63,508 bases of DNA, filler included, from Bigelowiella natans CCMP2755 (GCA_000320545.1; 3 parts of 3 records of this genome joined end to end with filler, not necessarily neighbours in it); one strand, 5' to 3'. Positions 40,963 through 54,300 are shown, numbered from the whole stretch's first letter. The notes: generated by a model not told the origin, from the letters alone. Numbers and translations: made by a program.

Positions 40963-42544
40963 TCGGTGGCAAACGATTAATTAGTAGTAATACTTCACAT
41001 GATCATTGTGCGATTATTAGTTCAAATCAGGAAAAATACCCAAATCCTTTGCTGCAACCAAGCAAAACCATCTCATCATTCTACTACGTTTTGTGAATCA
41101 AGTGAGAATGATGTACTTTCACCTCAAAGAACCAAAAAGTACGGGATGATTACTTTTCTCATTTTAAATAATCATCATTACCACCATCTTCACACCATCA
41201 CTATACTGATGTCATATTCTACCATGAAATTACTCTTTGTCTTTTTTTTCCCCCAAGTAGTCTTCATAGATGAGTATTAAGAGTGCTGCCATTGGAATAC
41301 ATACATACATATTTTGCTGAAGTAGCGTGACATCTCGCCGTTCACCCGCTTAGGCATTTCTACGCGTCGTGTTCTGTTGCGTATATATAGTTAAGCAGTA
41401 CCCCTATCACCCCCTAACTAAGGGTGGTGGTGGTGGTGGTTTTAATTCTGTTTATTCATTTTACAGCACTACTTTCAGCATATTATATGTATCCAACGTA
41501 TCGACAAACGAATACTTCTGAGTCGATACTGGTGGTAATCTTCCTACTACGACACACGAAAGTATACGAAATAATTCGTGCTTTCGGTTTCCGATTATAC
41601 CCTAGACCTCGCATTTACTACATATCTGTCGAATGTGCTCGAGGCACCAGCAGCTGGGCTTAGCATGTTAACAAGCACCTTATAATTGCCCTTTTTCTAA
41701 ATGATTTTTTTTTCTTTAAGCGTGCTACTTGCATGGTAATCGCTAAGCAAGTTGGTAAATAAAATTACAGGATGAGAAAAAAACAACAACATGAAAATAC
41801 ATGTGGTTTGCATTTGTAGCTTGCATATTACAGCCCACACGAGGAAAAATACGAAGCGTACGATACATAGCAGCAATATGGTTATACATGATGATGAGGA
41901 AAATACGAAGCGTACGATACGTGCATAGCAGCAACACTAGAACATGACGATTTTGTGGATTTCCTAGCGCACAATGGTCATCCTAACAATGTAGCAGCGC
42001 TAGCTGCCTTGCAAGGCGGCGGCTACTACGATGCAGCGCTAAGATCGCGCGTGTTTTTTCATATTGTTTCGGTAGTCTGCTGTGTGTTTCATGTACATGT
42101 TTGTTTGCAAACTTTTCATGCGCGTTGTGAGTCTGTTGTGCCCGCGACGTGCTGTGCGCGCAAGCTCATTGTCCTTCGATCCATGAGCGAGAGGCGAAGG
42201 GACGATGTTCAATTAATTTCAATGCATCAACTGCATGTGCAGGTGACGACAGAGCAAAGAGCGAGCTAGCCTCGATCAGTGGCGATGGCCAGAGTGTCAT
42301 TGCTTGTCACAATAACTGCATGCGACTGCGATGCATGCATGATGCACAGCAGGCGAATGTAGAATAAGCTGATAATCACGAAGCTTACCTTGCAGCACAG
42401 AAAAGCACAGATTACACGAACAAAAACAGACTACTGCGTGATGATGACAGCATTTGGAGCTGATGTTCACCCTTTTACCCGCCCCTTCACGATTACAAAA
42501 TACATAATGCTGTGTATGATCGAACATAACTGCCGTGAATGAGC

Positions 42545-43634
42545 TCATGTCGATGATTTCTTTGCTGTGCCGACAAATTTGGAAATCTTCTCTAGATCCT
42601 GTGTAATAGATTTTTAACACGAAAAGACAACTTAAGAGGGAAAATGGTTGAATAATTTATAAGCTGGTGTACCTTTATACCCTTGCTTTTCTCGACGCCC
42701 CCACAGACATCAACTCCTATGCCATAGAGGACAACAACAAACAACAAGTCATTGAAAAGAACGACTGTATAAGTATAAGTATTAGAACACCGCAACTACT
42801 ATACTAGTATACAGTAGTACCCATCGGCTTAGCTGCTTTGATTGCACTTTCAACATTTTCTGATTATGTCATTAAGGAAGGAAACAAGTTAGATTGTAGC
42901 TTTCCACCAACTGATATAAAGCTACCATAGGAGTGTTGGCAATCAGTATCACCATCACCATCAACATTTTTTTACATCATTCATGTTGGGAATCATTATC
43001 ACCATCACCATCATATTCCATCATTCATGATCATAACTTCTAGTGATTCACAACCAGGATCAAGTCCACCAGCAAGAAAGAAAGGATATTCATCTCCAAA
43101 CTGGGTTGTGGTGATGGTGGATTCCAAAAAGCAGTTCAACAATTGTTAGGTAAACAACTACTTTGTGTTATCTGATCTAAAAGCGGAAGTACGACGATGC
43201 AACACCACCAATTCCTTTCACCTTAGATGCAAGCTTCCAATCAAACGTTTTTCCAGTTCCACCCCCTTTAGAGTCCAACATCAGGTAAGGCGCGAAACCT
43301 GAGCAGCAAGTTATCAACTCTCCTCACTCAACTTTACTCACTGAATTGTAACTGTTGTTGTCATAATACACATATTCGAGTTCGTGTACATCGATAATAA
43401 ATAATAGGCGATAACTACCAGGCGTAACATTCTCCTTTAGAGAGCTAATTGTTGAGTCACCATCAACATGGACTACTCGAATAGCAGCCTGACAATTAAA
43501 GTTACCTATCCTCGTTATTCTCAGACTTAACTACATCCAAGATATGCCTTCTTCTCGTTATTCTCTCTTTCTTATTTAATTGATTTACCCTGTTAAGTTT
43601 CGTGGGGATATCTTTAGGTTCCTTGCCATGTAAC
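42545..43634 (-). CDS. trpF: Phosphoribosylanthranilate isomerase (TrpF) domain, 3' portion; 5' part lost in the gap
   Basis: Exons LHGKEP / AAIRVVHVDG / YLMLDSKGGGTGKTFDWKLASK / YPFFLAGGLDP / ENVESAIKAAKPMG / VDVCGGVEKSKGIK / DLEKISKFV carry the classic PRAI motifs. Confidence 0.92.
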
Positions 43635-43667
43635 TGGTTGATTATAATGATGATGATTGATGATTGA

Positions 43668-43767
43668 NNNNNNNNNNNNNNNNNNNNNNNNNNNNNNNNN
43701 NNNNNNNNNNNTTAATTAATTAANNNNNNNNNNNNNNNNNNNNNNNNNNNNNNNNNNNNNNNNNNNN
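43668..43767. other. Artificial scaffold gap linker (44 N + TTAATTAATTAA + 44 N)
   Basis: 100-bp six-frame stop linker. Confidence 0.98.
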
Positions 43768-43876
43768 CACCAGACACGGACTTCATACATGTCTCCTGTT
43801 TGACAAAACAACTTACTTGCTCGAATGTCGCGTGGCGAAGGACAATCTCTACACACGCACTGCAGCCCCTGATTGT

Positions 43877-43953
<77 letters not shown>

Positions 43954-45177
43954 GGGAGAGAGAGGGAGATATCAGCTTGTAACTCGTAACCACAACGACC
44001 GATACATAGACGGATTATCATAGACAAGAAGCATGATGAAGAACATAAGCACGAAGACATCTGCACACACTTGTTAGCAGCGAGCGCCACTTCGTTGTCT
44101 TTCATCTCCTCGAATACGTTCTCTACCAACAACGACCGATCCTGTGACGACCCAAGGAAGAGAGGAATATGAGGCAGAAAGCATAGAGTAGGAGCTCGAT
44201 ATCAGTCTCATCGCCTCACGAAACGCAATTGCAAGGCACAGCACTCTCACTTCACGCAAAAATCCAACAGAACGAGCGCGAGAATGTATGCCGAAAACAA
44301 CCCCGCGCGCATGCCCCCCTCACCTCATTGGATGAGAAATCGCCCTTCTCAAGCGTTTCTGTGACCTCTCGGAAATAGCGGACAGAATCGCTTCGAACCT
44401 GACGAGAAGTAGTAGCAATAGCAGCAGCAGCAGAAGAAGAAGAAGAAGAAGAAGAGGAGAAGGAGGAGGAGGAGGAGGAGGAAGAAAAAGAGCGCGTTAA
44501 CACAGACAAGCCATCAACTCCTGCTTCTTCAAGAGAGCGCATTGAGACACCGTTCGGTTTACATATTCGACCTCTTTGAACAGCTTCTTCTTCTGGTTTG
44601 CCGTGTCCTTCGCCTCCACCGGAGGCGCCTCAACCTAGTATATGCGGAAGTTGAGGTTGCTGCCCGTGTGTGCGAGCGTTAACCATTGCAAGCACTATCA
44701 ACTACCTCGAAGCTGCTTCTGGGCTTCGTTGTGTTCTGGGTCGGTTCTTCGGCGACGCCGCTGTCCTTATCGCCCTGTCGGTCGATCAGAAAAATGGGCT
44801 GCTGGTCTTTAGAGGACCCCTCCTCTTCTCGCCCACCGCCCTTCGTCTTCTTTTTCTTCAGCGCTTTCTTCTTCTTTGCTGGATCCTTCTTCTTGGGAGG
44901 CTTGGGGGCTTTGTTGGCGCCCGCCCTATCTGTCTCGGCATCCGGGTTCTTCTTCCCTTCCTCTGGAATAATCGAGAATCAGTGAGACGGCAATGTGATT
45001 ACGAGCAGAGAAAGGTTTCATACCGTCGCCATTCGTGGCTGCCTTCGCAGCCTCGTATATCCGCTTGGCCTTCTTAAACCGCTTCCTTAACTTCGGGTCA
45101 TTTTTATCCTCCCGCCAGGCAGTTCGGGCCGCTTTGAACTTCTTTCGGAGCGCCTTGAGGGACGGCTCGGAAGCCAT
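43768..45177 (-). CDS. NOP9: Nucleolar protein 9 (Puf-repeat), 5' portion only
   Basis: Lys-rich N-terminus, then VRSDSVRYFREVTETLEKGDF / LLVENVFEEMKDNEVALAANK / GCSACVEIVLRHATFEQ, matching the NOP9 pattern D.D...YF.....L...LLV.N..EE......L..N...S..LE.LL. Confidence 0.82.
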
Positions 45178-45548
45178 TGCTGGGGGAACGCGAACTCGCC
45201 GTGCGCTGTTGTTGTTGTTGTAGTTGTTGTTTGTGTTGTTGCGGACATCTTCGGCGCATTTAGCTATCTCATCAGAAATACCTAAAAAAATAAGGGATTC
45301 TCAATCCTCGTTTGGATAATTTTTTACCCCGGAAATATCCTAATGCCGGCAGTGGAAAGTAGGGACGGCTTGTTTCACTCAGGTAAAAGGAGAATTATGC
45401 ATTGTCGCAACACTGAAATACCACACATTTCTTAATATATTAGCGTCTCCGCGTCTTCGCTCCCCCCCCCGATCTCGAAGGATCCCTCGTAGATTCTCGT
45501 GCGACGGGGTCGGGCGAGAATTGAGGCAGAAGCCTATTAAAGCTTTCG

Positions 45549-47745
45549 ATGCATGGGGAATCCTCCCAGTTAGGTCGTACACCCCCGGCGCCTACTACAG
45601 TTCCACCCGCCCCTCCGCGTCTCCGGAAGGGCGCGAGAATCAAAGTTGCTCGCCGGAGCCAATGCGATGAGGGGATTGCGGGGGCGACACGTGCTCGCCG
45701 GTCTGCTTCAGCTCCTCGAGGAAAGCGAAATTCTGTCCTCCCCGTAGCACCGCCGTGCACGCCGACCGAAGGCAAGAGTTTCACCAACGGTAACGGCCAG
45801 GGGCATCAACTATGGCAAGTACGAGTCAATGAATTCCACAAGGACACTAAGTCAAAATATTCTTCGGCCCGCCAAGGAAGTAGCGACACAAGAAACGACG
45901 GGGGGATGATGATTGCCCCCTCGCAATCTGTACCAGGCGCCAAGTTTCTGGCCTCGGCGGAGGGAGGGGAGATTCGTGATAACCTGTTCGTTCCGAAGCT
46001 CACTGTTACGAGGCAAGCGAAGTCTCATTCTGTTTCCGGGACATCGGCCCCTCTCAAGCCCTCACCGGCTGAATCGTTTGATAGCAAACGTGTTAGTGGT
46101 AGCCCGTATGAGAAGATGCTTGAGTGGGAGAGGCTAATTCGAGCCGGTGTCTCCGCAATGACGTCGTTAATGCCTGGCCCTGCGGCGAAAGGGCATGCTG
46201 TGTGTGTTGGAGACGGGAGGCGACAGGGGTGGTTTCGAGCTTATCACGTGGAGGAGTTCCGACACATTCGTCAATTCTTCGGCGTCGAGGACCCGGATCT
46301 TGCTTCCATGCTAGGCCTCCAATCTCCAGAGTTTATAAGGGCTGGCGGGGGGGGGGCCGGGGGAAGCGGCGCTCATCTGTGGTTCACTCCAGGAAAGGCG
46401 TTTGTGATAAAGACAATGTCAAGCTCCGAGGCCCGATTTTTCCAAAAAATTGCGAAGAGCTATTGCGAGTCAGTTTTGCTCGATCTACCCATACTACTGC
46501 CTTCTCTCGACTGTGCTTGTTCCCTTTCCTCCCATGTTTGTTATGTTATTTAATGAGCATCGCTCAATCTCAACTTTATTTGTTTCATGCGTCCTTATAT
46601 CAGTTCTCCCTCACCCTCCCCTACACACACACACACACAGATATTTATTTTTTGGCATTTAATCGATGTTAGCCGACTTTCCTCCTCCTCCTCCTCCTCC
46701 CACCACCACCACCACTACTACTACTACCACTACTACACAAGCGGCACTTATCTTGAATATGCTTCTTTCTGACACTCCGCCCAAATTTGCTCGGTATGAT
46801 ATCCCATCGTACAGCCACCTGACGAAGCAAGCTGAAACCTTAATTCCAAAGTTTTACGGAATCTTCGGGTTATGGTCCTCCTCGAGCGCCTACTCTCAGC
46901 AGCACCACGGCCTTGCAGACGAGGACCGCGGAGGGGGGTGGGGCCAGGCGTCCGGCAATAGTCCCTCCTCTTCCTCTTACTCCTCCCCGACAAGTCGCGC
47001 AACAAGGGCTGCCTCAGCCTCGAGCAGCTGGTGGGCAGAGCCAGAGATGTGGGTAGTTGTGATGCAAAACGTCTTCGATACACCGCTTGATATCCACCTC
47101 AAGTAAGATTGATAAATAATGATAATAATGATAATAATAATGATGACAATAACCGCTCATCCGCTGCTACCTCTCTCCCTCTCTCTCTCCCTCTCTCTCT
47201 CTCTCTAATAATCACGGGGAAACCCCCCCTCTCTCCACTCTTTCTCCAATCTCACTCTCGGCAGATCTCTCCCCATTGCTTTGCCTTTAGCGTCTATTGC
47301 TGCTAGCCTTCGATCGATGCGTCCTCGCCATCATCACCATCATCATCACCATCATCATCGTCATCACCCCTTCCCAGATTTGACCTTAAAGGCTCGCAAG
47401 TGAATAGGAACGTCAGGCTAGAGCCTCTGAACGTAAGAAAAAGAAGAAGAAGAAGAAGAAGAAGAAGAAGAAGAAGAAGGCCATCTAAACAAATCAAACG
47501 CCGCCGCTGCTGCTGCTGCTGCTCAGTACAGCTTCTCTAACAACAACTATGCTACTACCCAATCCGCATCATCAGGACTATGATTTTCTCCGCCGCCAAC
47601 CTCGCAATAGCGTGTACAAAGACCTTGATTTCCTCGGGGTTGGGCCTACACCTTCGTCCCCGATCTCCCTACTAAGATTGGACTCCGGCAAACAGCAGCT
47701 TATGGCAACCTCCTGCCGCAAGGTCTCGTTTCTTTGAGAACGAAT

Positions 47746-47783
<38 letters not shown>

Positions 47784-48166
47784 CATACATATTATATACG
47801 AGGAATGAGTGATAGCTCGATGTAGCTGTATTGACTGAATTTTCCCCCCCCCCCCCCCTCTCGTTCGCAGGTGCGTGTGGGTCGGCTGATGAAGAAGATC
47901 ATTATGCAGCAACTGCAAGTCGATACGAGGTTTCTCCAAGCAAATGGTAGGGATAGTAGTAGTGGCAAGAGGGTTCTTAACGATAAAGCGGAAGTAGTCG
48001 CTGCGTTAAATAGAATCGATGGTGAAAGCTGACGGTGTGTGCCATGTGCTGCCTGTGATCATGGGGACTGTTAGTTTTGCATCACAGCGTTGAATGAGGG
48101 ACGCAGGCCCTGCATAGCAAATAGCGATGACTCATCGTGGTGGTGATGATGGTGATGGTGATGATG

Positions 48167-48198
<32 letters not shown>

Positions 48199-49252
48199 AA
48201 TGATGGTGGTGGTGATGGCGATTTGGGGTGTAGGAATCATGGACTATAGCTTCCTGCTCGGTGTGCACAACGTCTCGCCAGAACAAGTAGCAGCACCGTC
48301 GTTATGTCTTTTCGCGCGCATTTCCCCTTGGCTTGTCGTTTGAAATGAGAGTGAGTTGCGAGAAGTGCTGCTATGGTGATTGTGATATATGAGTGGATTT
48401 GCGTTTTTTGCAATATTAGTTAATACTGCCAAAGGAGCCTCGCCGTTGTAATTATCACTACCATCGTTTCTCACCACCGTTTTTCATCCCCCCCCCCCCC
48501 CCCACCCACCCAAACCCTTGACCTTTTTATTCGCAGGTCCATACAAAGGCGAAGGTCAGACGTACGCTAATTCCCCTCAAGCGTGGTGCACACAGCAAAG
48601 TTGATGAAGAGATTGTTTCTAAGATCAAGGTCGCTGTGTTGTTGTCGTTGTTGTTATGGATGCTGCTGTTGGGAGGGGGGGGAGGGGGATCTCACCCATG
48701 AGGAAGGAGCCAACCAATTGTACAGTCGCGACGAACAATGCCAAGTGATAGATACTTACGGACTGTAGTGCATTATGTGTGTGTGTGTGTGTGTGTGTGT
48801 GTCTGTGTGTGCGTGTGTGCGTGTGTGCGTGTGTATCTGAACGTGTCGATGAGCCGATGATTTGTCAAAAAAGGCAAGCATACGCAAAAACGAGGAGAAG
48901 GTAGAGAGGGGGGGGGATAAGGGCCACACATCGAAGAAGGCCAGTCAAGTTGAGCAGCATAAGGAGGAAGAGAAGGAGGAGGAGGACAACGACGATAAGA
49001 ACAAGGCAAAAAACACGGCAGCCTCAGAAGACGCCCCCCCCCTGCAAGAAAGTCAGAAGGGCAAGGAGGACAGCAATATGCCCTCCACAAATCACCACGC
49101 GGCGGCGAGCCAAAGAGAAGATGCGGAAGTGATGAAGAGGAAGAAGAAGGAAATCCTGAGGACAACCCGGAAATCTCGCTACATCTCCCTTTTCCGCCGT
49201 GAGCATGGTGGGAAAAACCGTGTCTGCCATTCCACAGGATATTATATATATG

Positions 49253-49300
<48 letters not shown>

Positions 49301-49709
49301 GTGTGTGTATGTGTGTGTATTATATATGTATATTTTGTCAGATTGACAAGGTTAGCATATCCGTTGCTGTTTGATTCTCACCACCACCATCATCATCACC
49401 ATCATCATCGCCATCACCACCACCATCATCATCACCATCATCATCATCACCACCACCATCATCATCACCATCATCATCATCACCACCACCATCATCATCA
49501 CCATCATCATCATCATCATCACCACCATCATCATCATCATCATCATCATCATCACCACCACCATCATCATCATCATCATCACCACCACCATCATCATCAT
49601 CATCATCATCACCACCATCATCATCATCACAATCATCATCATCATCGTCGTCGTCATCATCATCATCATCATCATCATATTTATCATCACCAGCGGTTGA
49701 AGTGGAGGG

Positions 49710-49742
<33 letters not shown>

Positions 49743-49765
49743 GCATGTACTAAGTGGAAAGAAGC

Positions 49766-49804
<39 letters not shown>

Positions 49805-50350
49805 TTTATATGATATCCGAAAAGGTGGAATTCGATCAGAGGTGTTCTTCGCCCCGCCCTCCCCACCACCAAGAAGCAGCAGCAGCACTACTACAACAGC
49901 AAGCACAGAGGCGAATTTCACAAGTACACAGTCGAAGGATATTTCCATATCTACGAGGACGGCTGATATGCACTCATTATCATCATCATCGTCGTCATCG
50001 CAGCGTCCTCTTCATCCAAGGGAAGGAGACAAAGCTGGATCTACTGCTCCCCCCCCCCCCTCCCTCCTTCTCCATACTGCCAAAATCCGCTGGAAAGCAC
50101 ATCATCAACCTTTGCCTCCTCGGGGAGTCCCCGACGGCAGCAAAGCCAACTACCACGCGGTGAAAGCAAAAGCAATACATCGAGCAGCTGCTCGCATTCA
50201 GTTTACAACCGTGCCAGTAGCAGTAGCAGCACTAGTAGCGTTGGATGTGGTGCGAGGAGGGGTCAGAGTAAGGTGATGAGACAACAGATTTATTTCTTCG
50301 GGCTCATTGATTGCCTACAGCAATACACAACGGCTAAGGTAGAGATAAAG

Positions 50351-50393
<43 letters not shown>

Positions 50394-50584
50394 ACGTGCG
50401 TGTCATACAGTGGATTGCACTATCGACGCCATCAGCTATCTCACACGACTGATAAACGCAAAGATAGATGCATTGCGAGCCAATGACGAATCAATCGTGA
50501 ACACGCATTCTATCTCTGAAAAACACGTATGCCGCTCAGATGGCGGAGACGGGTCTAAAGGGCATGGTGCACGATTGGACGAAA
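45549..50584 (+). CDS. Phosphatidylinositol-4-phosphate 5-kinase (PIPK family, type I-like); terminal exon not found
   Basis: FRAY...[20 protein letters not shown]...[64 protein letters not shown] and activation loop [12 protein letters not shown]. Confidence 0.92.
49379..49690 (+). repeat. ~310-bp (CAT/CAC)n triplet array, probably intronic in the PIP5K gene
   Basis: Directly visible; generates the poly-His, poly-Ile/Thr and poly-Met ORFs. Confidence 0.9.
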
Positions 50585-50595
50585 GTACGGATATT

Positions 50596-50637
<42 letters not shown>

Positions 50638-50729
50638 TTATTATGAATGATGAAGATAGGCTGCTTTGCGACGTGTATACTTATTTATACTTTACATATA
50701 TACATATATGTACTTTACATATATACATA

Positions 50730-50773
<44 letters not shown>

Positions 50774-50876
50774 TGGATGTAATGAATCAATCAAATTTAC
50801 TCAATAGTCATCCTTCTGTAGCTGTGCAATGCGGCTACGCAGCGCTAATGTTTAACAGCTAATTAATGCAACTTTG

Positions 50877-51298
50877 CTAGCTTGGCAATGAGCACCTTTG
50901 GCATGTCTAGGTGTACTAGCAAGCTCGAGCTCGGTTTTTAATTGCATATAGATGACTAAATCATTCATGCATGCCAGCTAGCCAGCATCCAATCCATGGA
51001 AGTTCAGTAGTGCAGCCATGCCTGGCTAAATGCGCGTGTGCAGTCCACGTGCTTGCGCAGGTCTGCATGATGCGTGAATGATGAACGATCAAACGTACGA
51101 AGGATATATTGCAGGCATCCCTACTAGCCTAGATCCCTGCTAGTCTGCGTGTCATCTTGACTGCATGCATGCTAGCATGTCTAGGTGTGCGAACATGCAC
51201 ACCATTATAGACACTTATCACCTAGCACAACACAGAAAGTTCTGCACCCTGTTCACTTGTAATTTGTGGCGGACAATTGCCCAGATTAGGAGTCCTAG
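50877..51298. other. CTAG-rich tract in convergent intergenic region 5
   Basis: About 11 CTAG in ~420 bp, plus many TGCA/CATG. Confidence 0.8.
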
Positions 51299-51327
51299 CA
51301 GAGTCACGCCCGTACATTTGAAACACG

Positions 51328-54300
51328 CTACTCCGCCAACCCTCCCCCCCCGTCGTCGTTTCTTTTTGCGAGAATGGCCAGAAGCTTTTTGAACCAGTCT
51401 TTGTGCCGGCGAATGAAGCGCTCCATTCGAGAAAAATCGTCGCCGTGGAGTTTCTTGAAACGCTTCACTGACCGCGAGGTCCCCGACCGAGAGATCTCAC
51501 TGATAAAGACATGTAGTCCACACAAATAGATAGTATCATTGTTCTCCACAGTGAATTTCATTAGCAAACAGAAGAGAAAGACGAAAATGCAGCGGTCAGC
51601 TGTTTCAAATGAAACAGTGCCACTTCACATCACCGCATCACTACCTATCACCATCCTCATTACCTGAAGCTTTTCTTGTCGCTTTCTCTCATATTCGGTC
51701 TCATGTAATGAAGGAGCTTCTTCACGTGGCGGCCTAGAGCCCTGTGAATTGGGTGGCGGTGATGATCGTGACCACCTCCCTCCCTTCTACCCCCTCCCCT
51801 TTGTTCCTGCGCCGAAGAATGCTTCATTTCCTGACCATCTCCGGCTGGTGCTCTCTCCTTAGATGTAGCACCAGTAACAGCAATACGAGCAGAAGGACCA
51901 GCAGCTATTCTACCAACGTTTTTGCTTCTACTGCTACTACCACAACTACTACTGCTGCGACTACCACCTCTACTACCATCACTCGAAGCAGCAGCACTCA
52001 TTGCATTCCTGCTGCTACTGCTGGTTTCAGCAGCGGAATTAGTAGTAGCAGCAGTTGATGATGATGTAGCTGATGTTGTCGCAGCAATGTCTCGGCGGGA
52101 GGTTGCAAGCTGCTTTCTACGACTACTTGAGGGAGGAGCGTTGTTGCTATCATCGAAGGTGGCGCCAACGTGCTCTTCTTCCGCTAACTCGATGCCCTCT
52201 CGACGTCTCTTCCGCCGCTGCTTCGGTGCGAGTTCCTGCTGCTTTGTCATATCAATGCATGCAGTCTTACCTACGAATTTGTCACTGCTGCTCTCGTCAG
52301 CGTCAGTGCTACCGCCAGCATCAACTCGACCTTTATTTGTACGAATGACTTCGGATCTCCGCCCAGATACCACCGACGACGAGGAGGAGGAGGAGGAGGA
52401 GGAGGAGGGCTGTGGCTCCTTCCTAGCTTTACTTTCCACCCCCATCAACGTTGCGGTTTTGGTCTTCGTCGCTGCCACCGTCTCCGTTTTTTTGGGCGGT
52501 ATTCTCACCTTGTTGGCGCGTAGCTTTTCTCGCTCCGAAGTGAAACCGGCAATTGTACTAAGAACCCGGCCCGTATACCTTGAAGAGGTCCTGATTCTTG
52601 CTGAAGCAGCAGAAGGATTGCTGTTGCTCATATCAACTCTCCTCACTTCCGGCTTCGACAGCAGCCTCAAGGCACGTTTCTTGGCCGGTGAGAGCATGTT
52701 TCTTGCAGCTCTGCTTCTCCTTAGCGCCGAAGTCTTTGTTTCAAACGACGATGATGGCACGTGTGAGAAGGAGGAGGAGGAGGAGGAGGAGGAGGAAAGG
52801 TTCGAAGCCATCCGTGTCCTACTGATATTATTGCTATTGCCTCTGGTCCTAGTTCCACTGCTACGGCTGCCGCCACCCCTTGACAAAGGAGCAGCACCTC
52901 GATTTTGAGCCTCTCTTTTCATAACAACTCCCCCCTCCCTCAACCTTCCTTGTCGTCTTGCGGAAGAAGAGAAAGAAGAGGTGGATGACGAAGCTGAGAT
53001 GGTTGCCGATGATGCCGTTCCAGGAACCCTCCTAATGCGCCTTAACCCCCCTCCCACCCTTGCCTCACCACGCCCTCTGACACTTTTACCGAAAGAGGCA
53101 GTAGGCCTTCGTTTCCCATCCCTTTTCATAGATTGAAGCGCCAAGGAGAGTAGCGCACTGCGGCTAGCGTTGATAGACATGCGACGATGAGACAAGACAT
53201 CCGCGTTGCCAAAGGTCGACATGTTAGACGTGTCTGTGAGGCCCTTCTTCTCCATATTATGTAGCAAGTGGCAGGCGGACATTCGTATGTAGTAGAAGCG
53301 CCTATGTGTGGGGATAGGAGCTGGAGCCCATTGGGTTACGACGACAACGATATTCATAGCTTGAGTCAGCTTCAAGACAACAGCCAGTTTGTGACCGCTC
53401 ATTGGCGCCCTATCAGAGCTATGGCCTTCCATTATCATTCCGACCTCTTTGACACGGTACGCACCTAGGTAGTAGTTGCAGGGAAAATGTCCTTTAGAAA
53501 TGAGACATTCAATCCTGAAAGTGCAGGGAAAACTACGATGCGACTTGTTCTGTTACTTGGCCCAACATAGCAAATCATCGTTTATGCCAATCCCATTGGG
53601 CCGTGTGTTCAATAAACATTTGGACGGTGTAGTTGAGTGAAAAATAAGCATATTCCTATGATGTCTTATATATTTCCCCTCGTTCCTACACCCCTTCCCC
53701 CCTCCTCCCCCTTTCTCTCCCTACTTGTGAAACAATCTGCGGCCCTAGTGGCTGGATGTCTCCGCAGGGCGTTAACGATATATGTGACATCCGCTTTGTT
53801 CTGAATGACTGCAGCATGGGCCTGGAAGCGTGCGAGCCTGTAATCTATTACATTTCCTGATCTAATAACGAGCTTGTACGAAAACCTATATGGTGGCAAA
53901 GGCGGTGGTAAGCCATAGAACAACGTCTCGCAATAAAGGCCGATCGACTATCACCATCAAGTGAAGAGTATCGGCGTTGGGAGACAGGAAACATACCTTG
54001 GTACTTCGATGGTGGAGTTTGGGTCAGCACCCACGAGCGGCCGAGAACCGCGCTTCTCCTCCCTCTGCAAAACAATTGTTGAGGCCAATAAAATCGGTGA
54101 TAAGATGCAAACAACAAGATAGAGAGCAACAAACGCAATAACTAATTCTGATGGAAATTGAATTATGAAGCTCATAAGACCCACAAAAAACAACGAGAAG
54201 GAATGGAAGAGCCTCAGCTGCCCTCTCCCCTTGTTCCCTTTGCCGCCTTACCCTCGCCCTCTGGCTGTATCTCCTTTGGTGTTGTGCCCGTTGAATGATG

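Noticed and set aside
42545-45177. NOP9-TrpF fusion gene
   Set aside because: The junction is an assembly gap and both parts are incomplete.
49199-49753. Poly-histidine ORF (184 aa)
   Set aside because: Product of a CAT/CAC microsatellite between PIP5K exons; other frames give similar homopolymeric ORFs.
51922-52908. 328-aa plus-strand ORF
   Set aside because: Antisense shadow of the Ser/Arg-rich exon of the RING-PHD gene.
53250-53470. BRCT domain reading of ...VVVVTQW
   Set aside because: The upstream FQAH and AYRV motifs and downstream RF..I fit IMPACT collinearly and better.
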